A stretch of DNA of 64,000 bases. It comes from Nemertoderma westbladi. Lineage: Eukaryota > Animalia > Xenacoelomorpha. Positions 46,839-58,836 of the stretch are shown piece by piece; the stretch's first letter is position 1, and each line of letters begins with the position of its first letter. The translations under genes were made by a program, and so were the position numbers. The notes beneath the pieces were generated by a model. It did no database searches. It worked only from the letters and a program-made list of their open reading frames with translations, and was not told the DNA's origin. The stretch is from the NCBI GenBank assembly GCA_032718475.1, contig JAUCBJ010006760.1, forward strand, positions 59,505 to 123,504. The letters are read 5' to 3'.

Positions 46839-49154
46839 TTATCTTATTGCAGTAGGCAATAAGGTTGCAAGTGTAGGCATTAAATACAGTTTAATACTGT
46901 TCTGTTGAACAGTAACAGTTATCTTGTATTGCAGTGTAAGCATTAAATACAGTTTAATACTGTTCTGTCGAACAGTAACAGTTTATAATCTTATTGCAGT
47001 AGGCAATAAGGTTGCAAAATACCGTAGTGACTGGTAAAACTGAACCGGTGCTTCTGTAGGTCAGTAGGCCTAACTGTCATCACCGGTACCGGTACTGCTG
47101 TACAAGTACATTTAGTATTATTCGATTTTGATTATTGTATACCGGTAGGTCTCGATATTAAATCGGGGACGCCTGGTTTTTATTGGGATTTTACTTAGGT
47201 CTATTTCTGTCAGTTTTATTTACTAGTAAGCTAATATTGAGCAGAAGGCGTGTGACCCTGCTCAGATTGTTCAGATAATTGTAGGCTGAGCTGCTGTCTG
47301 ACTGTTGTTGAGTTTGGAGAGATTACGGCGTGTGTAGAGTTTGTCTGATAAAGTGCCGTTAGTAAGTTGGGGCAGCCATAAGCGGTAAAGTCAATCCCCT
47401 CTTAAAGAATAAGTCGTACTACCGTGTTAGAACGCATACTAACTAACAGTTTCAGAGTCTGCATATACTGTAGTTTATCTAGGCTTGATCGTAGTCTGCC
47501 AGTGTTTTAGCCTGTGTTTGTTTGTGTGGTCTGTTCAGGTACCGTAATAGTTATTACTCAAATATTTGTAGGCTGGATTGTTGTCTAGCTATTTTTAGGT
47601 CTGAAGGGATTGCTGCGTGTGTAGAGTTGGTCTGATCAAGTGCCGTTAGTAAGTTGGGGCAGCCATAAGCGGTAAAGTCAATCCCCTCTTAAAGAATAAG
47701 TCGGACTACCGTGTTAGAACGCATACTAACTAACAGTTTCAGAATCTGCACATACTGTAGTTTGTTTAGGCTTGATAGTAGTCTGCCAGCGTTTTGGTTT
47801 GTATCTGTTTGAGTATTCTGTACGGGTAGCGTAATATTTATTATTCAGAGTTTATGCGATTATTCGCAACATTCATGTCCCCAAGTTTATTCCTACAGTA
47901 ATTGTGCTTGTTATACATACCGTTATAGTTAAACTAACCCCGGTACTACATCAGGGCTGCTTGGCGTAGGTAAAGACTGACGACTTTGTGCTTCGGTCAC
48001 TCCAGCAGATGCCGTGGTTCTTTTAACTGTTCAAGTATATTTAACTACTGATTATTTGTTATACCGGTACTTGTACCTAATTTAGGGTTTGGTGTACAGT
48101 GCTTTCCGAAGTAATTAGTGTAGGTAGTATATTTGTGTTGTAAAGTGGTTGATAGGCACATTCGTTAGCTCTATTAGCTTCTGGGTAGGAACAATCCGTG
48201 ATACATAACGTAGTACCTATAGCGATACGGTTATAGGTCGTCAGGCGGTGGTATTTTCCTATCTGGACAGTACAATATATTTACTACTTATTATTTCAAA
48301 TACCGTAGTACCCTGTTCGTTGTAAGAAGCCGATCTAACCCTTTGTTAGGCTGGTTTGTAGATTTCCTGTAAAATTACCCTAAAAATTTCGTACGTAATA
48401 TTTTTGTTGTGTTTAATTAGAGAATTAATCTCACCCATATCGTAAGTAATTTGTAGTATTAAGTAACTTAGGTAAATTAGAATTATCAGTTTTAGTGTCA
48501 AATAAATAGCACTTCACTGAGAGCGCACAGCTTCTGTGTAGTGACCCCCCAGAAATAATAACATTTATTTCAAATATTGACAAAAAACCCATTTAAACGG
48601 GTATATAAATATTATAAATCAAATCAAACGATTTATAAATAGTAGGCCTGCCATACAACAACTAGGTCTCACTATCAGTTGGACTACTGCTTAAATAACG
48701 GTAATAAAGTAAGTTAAAGTAACTAAGTAACCCTAAAATATTCAGGAATTCAATTATTCTAAAAATAATTGACATACCGGTACTTACCATAGGCTTATTA
48801 TATTTATTTCTATAAATTTGAGCTGAAATCATACCGGTATTCTGTAATTAATTCTAGTAATAATTATACTTATATACTATAAGTGTCAGCTGTATACCGG
48901 TATTCAAGATAGGCCTATTATATATTTATATATATTTGTGCTAAAATTATATACCGGTACTCTGTGACAAATCTAGTCTGTAATAATACTTATATATATA
49001 TTATAAGCATACCGGTATTCTAATATATTATATATATATCACGCTACACTGAGTAGCAGTATCGGTAATTAATTATTAGGCTAACAGTGATACTGAATTA
49101 CTAGACTTGCTTTAACTGTAATATAGCAGTAGGCATTCGACTGTACAATCAAAC

Positions 49155-52100
49155 ATGGCTGACACAAGGCAAACTCTGTCAGATAGTCTCCTAGAAACAA
49201 CAGCCTGTTTCTCAGATCAAAGTGTAGAGAATCCCAGACCGAGGTCTGAAACCCCTCATACTGTAAGAAGGGCAACCCCTGCAGTGGTTGTGACAGAACC
49301 TAGGTTGGTAGAAAAGATTTCGCAATTTGCGAAGTTAGTGAAGCGCCGTTGGTCTGCCATAGGCACTCGGGCCCAAGTCAAGCGGGATCAAGAAGAAGCT
49401 ATAAAACAGCAGCAACCTCCTAGCCAAGAACCTGGTTCTCAGCGGTCCGATAGCTCCAGTAGTTCGGATACTGTTGAGCGGACGCCAGAACGCGGAGCGA
49501 AGATGGCAGATACGGTTTATGATGGGCGGCCAGCCTGTGGGGAATCAACCGACGCCACTTCTTCTCAAGTGGAAAGTGAGGTGGAAAGCGAAGTGGAAAG
49601 TGAGGTGGAAAGCGAAGTGGAAAGCGAGGTGGAAAGCGAAGTGGAAAGCGAATTAACATCAGCAGAGAAGCCGCGAACTAGAGACGCTATCGACATTTAT
49701 TTGTCCGACTATCAGCGATTCCTAGGAGACGAAGAGTTGAGGAGACGGCTGTCTGGACTTTCCCCTAATAGTGAAGGAACCAAGCTTGTGTTGGACTCAA
49801 TCGATGCCGAAATGTTAGCTGCAAACCAAGCTGAATGTGATGAAAAACTCCGCCTCATTAGAGTCCGAGAAGAACAAATAAAGAAAAGAAGGATAGAGGA
49901 ACAAAGGGCGGCGGCTATGGCAGTGGCAGAAGCAGAAAGGAGAGCATCGGAGCAGATTACCCAACTGGAGTTGGGGAATCTGCAAGAGACACAAGACAGT
50001 ATAAATAAACAGTTTACTGCTAATCAAATGCAGATGATGAGAAAATCTACTCCCAAACGCCAGAGGTACACATCCTCGGAGGAAGGCGATACTACCGATC
50101 CTGAAGGCGGAGGAAATAGATCTCATCTAAGTAGGCGTAGAAAAACATATTACCGTCGCAAATTGCCTGATTTGCCCCCAGTTGTTAAAAGACAGCTAAC
50201 TAGCACAGATTTAGGTAGTGCAGAACCCATAGAACAATTCATCCAGGTCAAAAGACTCCCTACTATAGTCGATGAACCCGAAATAATTAGGCCTGTTGTT
50301 CCCAAAGTCACTTCTGTGCTAGAGACCCCTACACTTCCAGAGCTTAACTCTAAATTCCCTTTACATAGTACTACACTGCCTGTACCCGGTGGAACAGTCC
50401 ATGCAAATACCCCTGTCCAGATAGCAGAGAGAGAAATCAATAATTTGTCTCCCGTCGTCCCGCGTCAGCCCGCTACTATGTTGGCGACTCCTGCTTCGGC
50501 GGTTGAGTGGGTGGAAGAGGGACGGCGGGGGATGAATCTCCTGCTAGGACAGATGCAGGAGACTGTCCACCAACTTAAGGGAACAGTGAGGGAAGGTAGA
50601 GCAGAGTTGCAAGAAGTGCAGCAAAGTATCGCACTAGAACGCGACAAATTAGTCAATATACAAAAAGGCATACCAATGCCCCCTGTAACGTTGTGTCAAC
50701 CCGTTAGGTCTGAAGTATTACATGCGCAAGGTGTGGAGCCTACACGCATCTCTACTGCTAGTGAAGTTGAAACTCCTATAACAAACCCTATTAAGGGTGA
50801 TTATAGACCTGTTATTAATGATATTCCCTATAGACCTGATAATGATCCGAGAAATTTATATACAGATAATTCGATATTAAATAACACGATGGTCCAAGAA
50901 AGCTTTACGCGTCAGATGGCTAGAACAGAAGCCCGCCAAGCGGTCAAAGTGGGAGAGATCGTCAAATTCAATGGAGATGAGATGAAATGGTTACCTTTCA
51001 ACGAATATTACAAAGATAGCATACAGAACTCTGTACTATCTAACGGAGAGAAACTTAGATTCCTCATCAAGTGCTTGGAAGGACCTCCCAAGTTAATGGC
51101 GTTAAAGTTTATTGGACATCCAGATGGATTGAGACAAGTTTGGGATACACTAAACATCAGGTATGGTAACAAGGATAACATAGCTAAGTATTTGTATGCA
51201 AAATTAGTAGCCCCCCGACACTTCCTTAGTAACGGGATTATAGAGTTTTCCGATGAAATTCAAGAGATCTGTAGACAACTGGACTGGTTAGGTAAGTCGC
51301 ATGAATATCAGAGTTCCATGGTTATTGGAGCCGTAGTCTCTACTTTACCAAAGGGTGGAGTATGTACACGCTGGGACAAGAAAGTGTTGTACATGAATGA
51401 ACAACAACGACGAAGTCCTACCATGGCTGATCTCATGTCTTTCTTAGATAGTGAAGTAAAATTACAACTCATAAGGCAGTCCAGAGAGAAAACATCGGAA
51501 AATAAGGTAAGTGAGAAACCCGTTTCTAGGAGAAGGATAATACCAGTGTGTTATACTGACGACGGCGAAAGCCAAGCTTCTCAAGAAGAGGACAGCGGGA
51601 AAGACATAGCAAAATCTTACTATGACAACAAGAACTATAAAGACGTAAGTAAATACAAGTCTCGAACCAGTGACAGGAGAGAACAGGTAACAACAACTCC
51701 TCCTACGTCTCCTAAGAGAATTCACGGAAGAAAGCCCGAAGAAAGAACGAGAGTGCAGAACGTTAACCAAGTTAAGGTGAGTAACATCAAACCAAAATGT
51801 GCGCTGTGCGACGGGCCCCACCGTTTGAGTGCGTGTGCAGAATTCCTAAAGAAATCCATGGCAGATAGACGTGGAGTCCTGTGGGATAAGCGGTTATGTT
51901 ATAACTGTCTCAGACGCGGACACCAGCGGCGAACCTGTTACTCTGACGCAAGGTGTGCTAAGTGCGGCGCGAAACATCATAGCTTGTTGCACACGGAATT
52001 CGAACGAAACAGCCCGAGTCAGGTAAGTGAGCCCAAATCACATGTCCAATTCAGTGATGTGAACGACACTGACCAAAGTTCTGAGTGGGAAGGATTCTAT

Positions 52101-53231
52101 ACGGACGAATTCTCCGATGCCAACGAATCCTGTTATCTAATAAATACCGCAGTGTATCGAGCACTTACTTACGAAAAGGACATCAACAATGAGTTTCCCC
52201 CAACTACTTTTGACAAACAAACATCTTGGAAAACTCCAACTTCCAATGTAGGAATCAGAGAATTTCCTGTAGTTCAAGTAAGAGTTCACGGTCTTAACAA
52301 AAGCTACATAGTGAACGCCCTCCTTGACTCCGGCAGCACAGGAACATTCATCGATCAAGAACTAGCCGAAGATATCTTTGCTGGACAACCCAAATTCCAA
52401 ACTAAGTTGAATATGTCCGGAATTATGCAGGTTTGGAAATCTACCATAACGGCAGATTACTATGTAGGTGCGTTGTCCACCCCCCAGGATAAATTAGGAG
52501 CACAAAGTATAAGGTCAGTAAAGATGGTGGCTATAAAGAACTTCGCTACTACCCAAGCAGACCTTTATAATTGGGACGAGGATGAGAGCATCCAACATCT
52601 TAAGATACCTCGATTCCAGACAGATTATCCTGGAGTGCAAATACTTATCGGCCAAAACGCGCACGAGGCGCTCGAGACATTGGAAAAACGACCTGCTCAA
52701 CCGCAGCCACTACAAACCTATGCGGTAAGAACTAGAGTAGGTTGGTACTTTACTGGTCCTTCCCGCAGAACTCTCGAAGAGAGACTACCATCAGAAAGAC
52801 TATACCAGATAAATGGTTTGGAAGTGGAGAGCAGTGAAGTGGACGAACTAACTGAGGGAACACCATACTCCTCAGATAATGACGATATTAACTCCAATGA
52901 AGATCAATGGAGACATCGCCCCAAGATGATTAATCTAGCCGACATCGCTTCCAGAGGAGCGACTCCTCAAGAACGGATAGATACTCCCGGCTGGTTAGGT
53001 GGACCCGACTCCCTAAGTAAAGAAGAAGATGAATGGCCTCCTCATCTTACCACGGCGGAGAGTAGACAGGCCAAGGGAGCGGAGAAAGTAACACGACAAC
53101 CCAATCACCCAGCTGGTCGTTTATGTTTACTGGAAAGAGACCAAAAACTGTCCAGAAACTATGGAAGGCAAGATACTCTTCCTACGACCACTTCCCTAAT
53201 CCGACAAATATCTAGGGACTCCATAACGTAA
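49155..53231 (+). CDS. Gag-protease ORF (1358 aa) with in-frame deletions of RT/RNase H and integrase
   Basis: Aligns to the 2701-aa protein; keeps zinc knuckles, LLDSGS and the native C-terminus RLCLLERD...TTTSLI. Confidence 0.92.
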   Translation: MADTRQTLSDSLLETTACFSDQSVENPRPRSETPHTVRRATPAVVVTEPRLVEKISQFAKLVKRRWSAIGTRAQVKRDQEEAIKQQQPPSQEPGSQRSDSSSSSDTVERTPERGAKMADTVYDGRPACGESTDATSSQVESEVESEVESEVESEVESEVESEVESELTSAEKPRTRDAIDIYLSDYQRFLGDEELRRRLSGLSPNSEGTKLVLDSIDAEMLAANQAECDEKLRLIRVREEQIKKRRIEEQRAAAMAVAEAERRASEQITQLELGNLQETQDSINKQFTANQMQMMRKSTPKRQRYTSSEEGDTTDPEGGGNRSHLSRRRKTYYRRKLPDLPPVVKRQLTSTDLGSAEPIEQFIQVKRLPTIVDEPEIIRPVVPKVTSVLETPTLPELNSKFPLHSTTLPVPGGTVHANTPVQIAEREINNLSPVVPRQPATMLATPASAVEWVEEGRRGMNLLLGQMQETVHQLKGTVREGRAELQEVQQSIALERDKLVNIQKGIPMPPVTLCQPVRSEVLHAQGVEPTRISTASEVETPITNPIKGDYRPVINDIPYRPDNDPRNLYTDNSILNNTMVQESFTRQMARTEARQAVKVGEIVKFNGDEMKWLPFNEYYKDSIQNSVLSNGEKLRFLIKCLEGPPKLMALKFIGHPDGLRQVWDTLNIRYGNKDNIAKYLYAKLVAPRHFLSNGIIEFSDEIQEICRQLDWLGKSHEYQSSMVIGAVVSTLPKGGVCTRWDKKVLYMNEQQRRSPTMADLMSFLDSEVKLQLIRQSREKTSENKVSEKPVSRRRIIPVCYTDDGESQASQEEDSGKDIAKSYYDNKNYKDVSKYKSRTSDRREQVTTTPPTSPKRIHGRKPEERTRVQNVNQVKVSNIKPKCALCDGPHRLSACAEFLKKSMADRRGVLWDKRLCYNCLRRGHQRRTCYSDARCAKCGAKHHSLLHTEFERNSPSQVSEPKSHVQFSDVNDTDQSSEWEGFYTDEFSDANESCYLINTAVYRALTYEKDINNEFPPTTFDKQTSWKTPTSNVGIREFPVVQVRVHGLNKSYIVNALLDSGSTGTFIDQELAEDIFAGQPKFQTKLNMSGIMQVWKSTITADYYVGALSTPQDKLGAQSIRSVKMVAIKNFATTQADLYNWDEDESIQHLKIPRFQTDYPGVQILIGQNAHEALETLEKRPAQPQPLQTYAVRTRVGWYFTGPSRRTLEERLPSERLYQINGLEVESSEVDELTEGTPYSSDNDDINSNEDQWRHRPKMINLADIASRGATPQERIDTPGWLGGPDSLSKEEDEWPPHLTTAESRQAKGAEKVTRQPNHPAGRLCLLERDQKLSRNYGRQDTLPTTTSLIRQISRDSIT

Positions 53232-54661
53232 TAACATATGGAGTGGGTGTGTGACTATATCATTTTATATTTGTTTTTATTTTATATTTATGTATGTATT
53301 ATTATGTAATATTATTATAATCGTTTTCTTTAATTTTATTTGGTAGAATGTTATTTTAGGGATTATTTAGTAGATTAGTGCAATATATTAGTGTTTATTA
53401 CGTACGTAATTATTTATAATATATATTTAGCGCGACGGCGAGAAATAATTATTTTTTCTCTTTCCTTACTGTCCGTATCATATTATAAATACGTGACTAC
53501 AGTAAGATGAAATGTCAGTACTTCTTAAAGTACAATAAAGCCACTACTATATTTAAGTATTATTGGTAGGCAGAGTATTAGGAATGCAAAGTTCAGATCC
53601 TCGTGTCTCGGCTAAACCAAGCTCTGGGTAGACCTTGGAAACGACTTGCCTCTTCACACTGACATTGCTTCGTGCGATATTGCTCTTCTACCTTACAACA
53701 AATAATACATATAGTAGCGTGATGTCCCTCTAACAGTAGCGTCAATCGCAAATAAATCTGTTAAATTTTTGACCATCTGTAATTCTAGTCGATTAAGATA
53801 TCGTGGCACCCACCGATATACTTGAAAGACAAATTCTAGAATCAGTGGTTAACGTCCCCAGACAAGTTCTGGAATAAATCGGTGCCCATCCTAAATATTA
53901 ATTTAATATTTTGTTAAAATCTGTAAAATCCCGATCCTTTAAAATTTCTAGTCAATTAAGATATCGCAGTATTTACCGATATTCTTAGAAGGACTATTTT
54001 ATAGAATTAAGGATCCTAAGTCCCCAGATATGCTCTGGAATAAAATTTATGTCAATTTAATATCAAATAATAAAATTCACGGGAATAAATTTAAATTCAT
54101 ATTCAAATGAATTTCATAAATTGTCATTTTGTACAATTTATAACATTCCCAAAATTCCAGTAATTAATAGATCATGGGAGCGGAGATTCATATTGAGTGT
54201 ACTAGAGTGTGAGAATCTCCAACATATAGTCAATAGCCGATAAAATTTATAAAATCATGCATAAAGAGGATATTGACAATTAAAGAATTACTATTAAATA
54301 ACATCCCAGATCTGTATGCATGAGGATTGCCCTAATTCTACCGCTAGTTTTCCATAATGTCACCATGGCAACACCCACGCTAGAATTAGAAACAAGTTAA
54401 AGGACCAATAAAAGCTTGCCCCATTGCGTAGCATAAGAGTATACATAGCGCACTATTAGTATCCAAGGATACATAGTAATAACGTGACATTCTGGAAGAC
54501 ACTGACTAACGAACAAATGGCCTGCATGTGTGCAGTAAGTAATGATTGTATGGAATTTGTGCGTTTGTAGGTGAATGTTACTACTAAAGTGTGTTTACAG
54601 TAGCTAATCGCAATTGTAAAGTAGCCTAACTCTACCGAGATAACCTCAAGTGGATTCAAGC

Positions 54662-54812
54662 CTTTGGGACGGACAGTGGTGGGACTTGTGTCGATTATCG
54701 TTGTCGTGCTGTTGCTACATGTTGGCGCAAACACTGCGACAGCGGTACATCGGCGCTGAGAAACCCACTGTCCGGGGTCAAAGCCTAGTAGGCAGCGACG
54801 CCCGCTTGCCTA
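54662..54812 (+). ncRNA. Conserved RNA hairpins upstream of the accessory ORF, element 2 copy
   Basis: cggacagtgg/ccactgtccg outer stem, G-U-rich inner stem, then taggcagcg...cgcttgccta hairpin. Confidence 0.65.
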
Positions 54813-54855
54813 AAATATTAACTCATATTGATATTAATAAACTCAGATAACAGAT

Positions 54856-56145
54856 ATGACGGAATTGATAGAAGATGACCTTGGTATTAGAGAGCGATAT
54901 ACTCTACCTTTACAAGCGTTTGTGGATAGCTTGATACGCGGTGAAGCCGATTCGACTATTACGAAGGACGATGGTCGTTATATCGAACCGCCGATGTCCC
55001 AAGAGCAACTTACGCGTGAATTGGACTATCGAAAATTAACCGCTCGCTATACGCATCGTAATGGTACGTATATGGACTTCTTAACTACCGGCCATCCTAT
55101 CGATTTACATGATACGGACGATGTAGACACCCTAAAGGGAAATGGTTCTATTTAAATATCATACCCAGCGGAGTCGTAACGATAAACCGAGAATAGATCA
55201 CGAAAATTCTATTCGTAACAGACTGGGAAGACGAACCAATATGCCTAGAATCTGAGGAGATTCAGCCTATCGCGCTCGGAACAGCGACAACGATTACATC
55301 CTAGAATGGTATCAAGGTCCACAGTGTCTCACTGCGTACGATTATCGCCATGCCAACTATGTTTCTCGGCAACGTTGTCGGTTATGCGCATCGAGAGACC
55401 ATGTTACGCCCATGGACACAAACGTCCGCTGTTCCTATTTCCACGAACAACCGGCGATGGAAATTTATTGAGCGTATTGCAGATTTAATAATTTGCATAT
55501 TTTTGCGGTTTGCCCTCAATTTATGACTCAATGTCACCACTGTCCACTAAAGGGACACGCCAGTTTCGATTGCCCTTTTAATCGCGATTTGGAAAGCGTA
55601 GATGAACTGATCACACTACGTTACATTAGAGCTTGGGAAGCGAACACTGATTTACATCGTGATTCGCGCCATCGCTATTATCCTGGACGCGCTTACGAAG
55701 GAATTTATGCGTTCCATCCTTATCTATTCGCTTCTGTCGAACAGAAATCACGCATATCGAGTTACAGGAAGTATATCGACGGCCTTACGAGTACCGAGCC
55801 CGCGAACGCGAGTTGGAAAGAACCATTAAACCAAGGAAGTTTCTAACTGCCTATGGTCCACCCACGGCCCTCATTCAGACCACTCGTAAAGGACCCGTAA
55901 GAGCGGCTGTCTTGAAACGAGCTCTCAAAGCCGTTAGACCCCTCTCCCCCGACGTTGATGTCAATCAACTCGGCACTTCGATTGGCGGATACACCGACCA
56001 TAATCCTATACCCTCTGATGCAATCATGTTGCACCCTTCACCCAGGAGTTATAGCCCTCCTTGTAAAGTGGCTCGCCCCAAAGAGAAAAAGACTCTGGCT
56101 AGCTTTAAAAAACTGCGTAAACGCCGTCCGCGCATGAAAGACTAA
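54856..56145 (+). pseudogene. Deleted and frameshifted accessory ORF of element 2
   Basis: Starts MTELIEDDLGIRERY like 16909; large deletion near 55225; retains zinc-knuckle and basic-tail pieces in different frames. Confidence 0.9.
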
Positions 56146-56223
56146 CTGTTTAGAGTATTTTCGTATTTGAGAAACTGTGATTTTGTATATTTTATAGACT
56201 TAAATCCCATTTTCTGGGAGCGG

Positions 56224-57456
56224 TGTAAAAGCTTCTGTGGGATATAACTGGCCCCTTTTGCTTCGCAATCCAGTTTCCCCCCAGGCGCTGGAATACTCTA
56301 AAAAGGTTTTCTAACTGTAGATATATTCCCCTCGCCCGCAAGGTACCTTTACAGGTGTTTTAACGGACATAAAAATCATTCTGCTATATACGTGTTTTGG
56401 CGGACATGGTAAGGCAAAAAACTTGTAATGCACCAACTACCTTTCACAGCTTAGCCGTGATGATTCATATTACGACATCTAACAGCTGGTTGCTGACATG
56501 GAAACAGCCATTGGATGTATGGTTCTTTGTTTGGCTTGAGCCAATCAGAGCGATTTTTCCTGTCGACGTGTAGCTTTTAGTCGATCATAAGGAGAGTGTT
56601 CAGTCTTACTGCTTTTACTTGATACTTTGTTGTTATTGCTGTCTAAGCCAGAAACACCGGCTTTTTGGGAAGAACTCTAGTAAACTGCTTAGATTATAGA
56701 AAGTATAACTGTTACCGGCGGTGTTACCTCACTTAATTTAACTGCACTAATCATATTGTTTGTACTGCTATTTACCGTCAGTTATTAATTGTATCTATTT
56801 GTTGATGGAAATATTGCTCTTTGGAGAATACGGATAAATCACCCAAAATTCCCAATTTTCTTGATACACTACAGGTTAGAGAGGCGGGCTATATATAACA
56901 ATTGCGATTTATATCAATGTGGTGTGTATTGAATCTAATGTTATTTAGTAGACACTACCTGAGTCAATTGCTGTTCTCTTTATGTGTGATCAAATATACT
57001 GACGGTCGGCAGAATAGTGTGCATGATTGTGAGTGTGATGTGACTGGTAACAAAGCATTTCCTAAAGAATGCGACTTATACTTTAATCATAAGCCTTATC
57101 GTTGCGTTTAGTATAAGTCCTAGCTCTGTTTAAATAGATAGAGCGCCACGTCCTAAAGGAACTGTTAATATTTCCCGAAAGTTAATAATATCTGTCAGAA
57201 ATTACATATTAGCGATCAATCGAATAATACAGTAGGCTTACACTGCAACCTTACACTGCAATAATAAAATCTAAGCATCCGAATTCAGCCTCCCGGGTGT
57301 AGATCCATCGGGTGAATGATCGCGCATGGGCTGGCTTCGGCTAATGTTTTGTTTATTAGCATAAAATATTGTCGTATGCTAAAGGTGTGTTAATTAACTA
57401 AAAGACATATAAATTTTGGCAGGTTAAACTGCTAAAGGTCTTCAAAAGCGCGAACA
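56224..57456 (+). repeat. 3' LTR of element 2
   Basis: Preceded by PPT GGGAGCGG; ends ...gcgaaCA before the TSD. Confidence 0.97.
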
Positions 57457-57659
57457 ACCTCATCTCATTCATGTATTAAAAAAAATCTACTGTATGTGTA
57501 ATTGCACAAATTGCACTGTATCGTGTTAAGAATAATAAACACCACCAACAGAGTCTACATAACCCGCTCCTCATTCCGAGTCCAACTTGTCCCTCTCCCC
57601 TACTAAACCTTCCGCTGCTGCACGCAAAATCCAGGTTTCCCTAAGCGGTTGAGGTGACC

Positions 57660-57945
57660 TGTGGGTCTTGGGTGTTCGGGCTCCCCTAAGGCACATAAAG
57701 GAGGACTGCAGCAAGGCAAAGTTTAGTCTGGTGCGACTAGAGATACGGTCTGGGAATATGGCGTGTCTCTATTCGCTGACAGAAGGAGGGAAATCCGATT
57801 TATAAGGGTATGGGCAGGGCACGCCCACGCCATACTGAATGAGCAGAACCCCGAGTGTTAGATTCGTTTATCCTCTCTTCATATTTACGGCGTTTCTCGC
57901 GTTCATGTTTTAGGTATGTGGCATTGATGGATCGAGGGTTAGCGC
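57660..57945 (-). pseudogene. CRE-like retrotransposon C-terminal fragment
   Basis: YLKHEREKRRKYEERI ... RTRLNFALLQSSFMCLRGAR in minus-strand translation. Confidence 0.6.
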
Positions 57946-58836
57946 GAAATGCTGGTGTTGGTGTTCGAGTTGCGTGTTGTGGACGTTGTTCTACTACTGT
58001 ATTTACGTTGGTCGGTCGCAATATTTAGTTATTCAATTTTTGTACGGTAATTGTAATCTAGGTCTAGGGTGTTATGTGGGGAAATGCCCGAATGGTTCAC
58101 AACCCATTTAGGGTGTCCGTAAAAGTGTCTATCCATAGACCAATTATTCCAAAGCCACACCCAGTAACTTATGGTGTGCCAACAACGGCCATCGATTTCA
58201 CAATGAAAACTCAACACTTTTAGATCTACGGGAATTATCAGCCCAGATTTAATTCGCTGTCAATTTTCACGTTAGAAATTCACGGCAGATTGAATTTGCC
58301 ATCAATTTTTACTGCCCCCGATACGTGTCTCACATTAACGAACACTTTCCCCCCTGCCAATGGGAAACCTGCCTATTTATAAATACCCTGTGTAAAACTA
58401 ATTATAAATTCCAATATTTTAACCGCCTGCAAACATACATGCCACCTACCGTACAAATACTTTGAAATGTATTTTATAAGACTTGGCATGCAATCCCAAA
58501 TATGACATCAATTAACTAAACAATATAACTTATTATTCAATGTGGAACTAACTTTTAATCCACCATTTTAAATATTGTTCATATTTTGGCACTATTAATT
58601 ATTATAATATTGAGATGATATTATATTTTAAGTATACAGTAGTTATCAGGTTTACCGAATTTTAAAATATTCTGCAAAATGTTTACCCATGAGGTTATTA
58701 TTCTATTGGGCCTACATGCTGTATTTTACTAATTTTATTTTAATTTCGTTTATATTTGTTCTTATTTTTTAATAATATTTAATTTTAATAGTAAACAAGG
58801 TATATTTACTTGGTGAGGTTCCATACATATTTGGCA

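Larger units (their letters stand above)
45594..57456 (+). mobile_element. BEL/Pao LTR retrotransposon, element 2 (non-autonomous deletion derivative)
   Basis: LTRs of 1234 and 1233 bp; TSD ACCTC (45589-45593 and 57457-57461); colinear with element 1 but lacking RT, RNase H and integrase. Confidence 0.97.

Noticed and set aside
54456-54850. Small ORFs (92 aa antisense, 66 aa sense) upstream of the accessory gene
   Set aside because: The homologous region in element 1 is frameshifted; RNA structure explains the conservation better.
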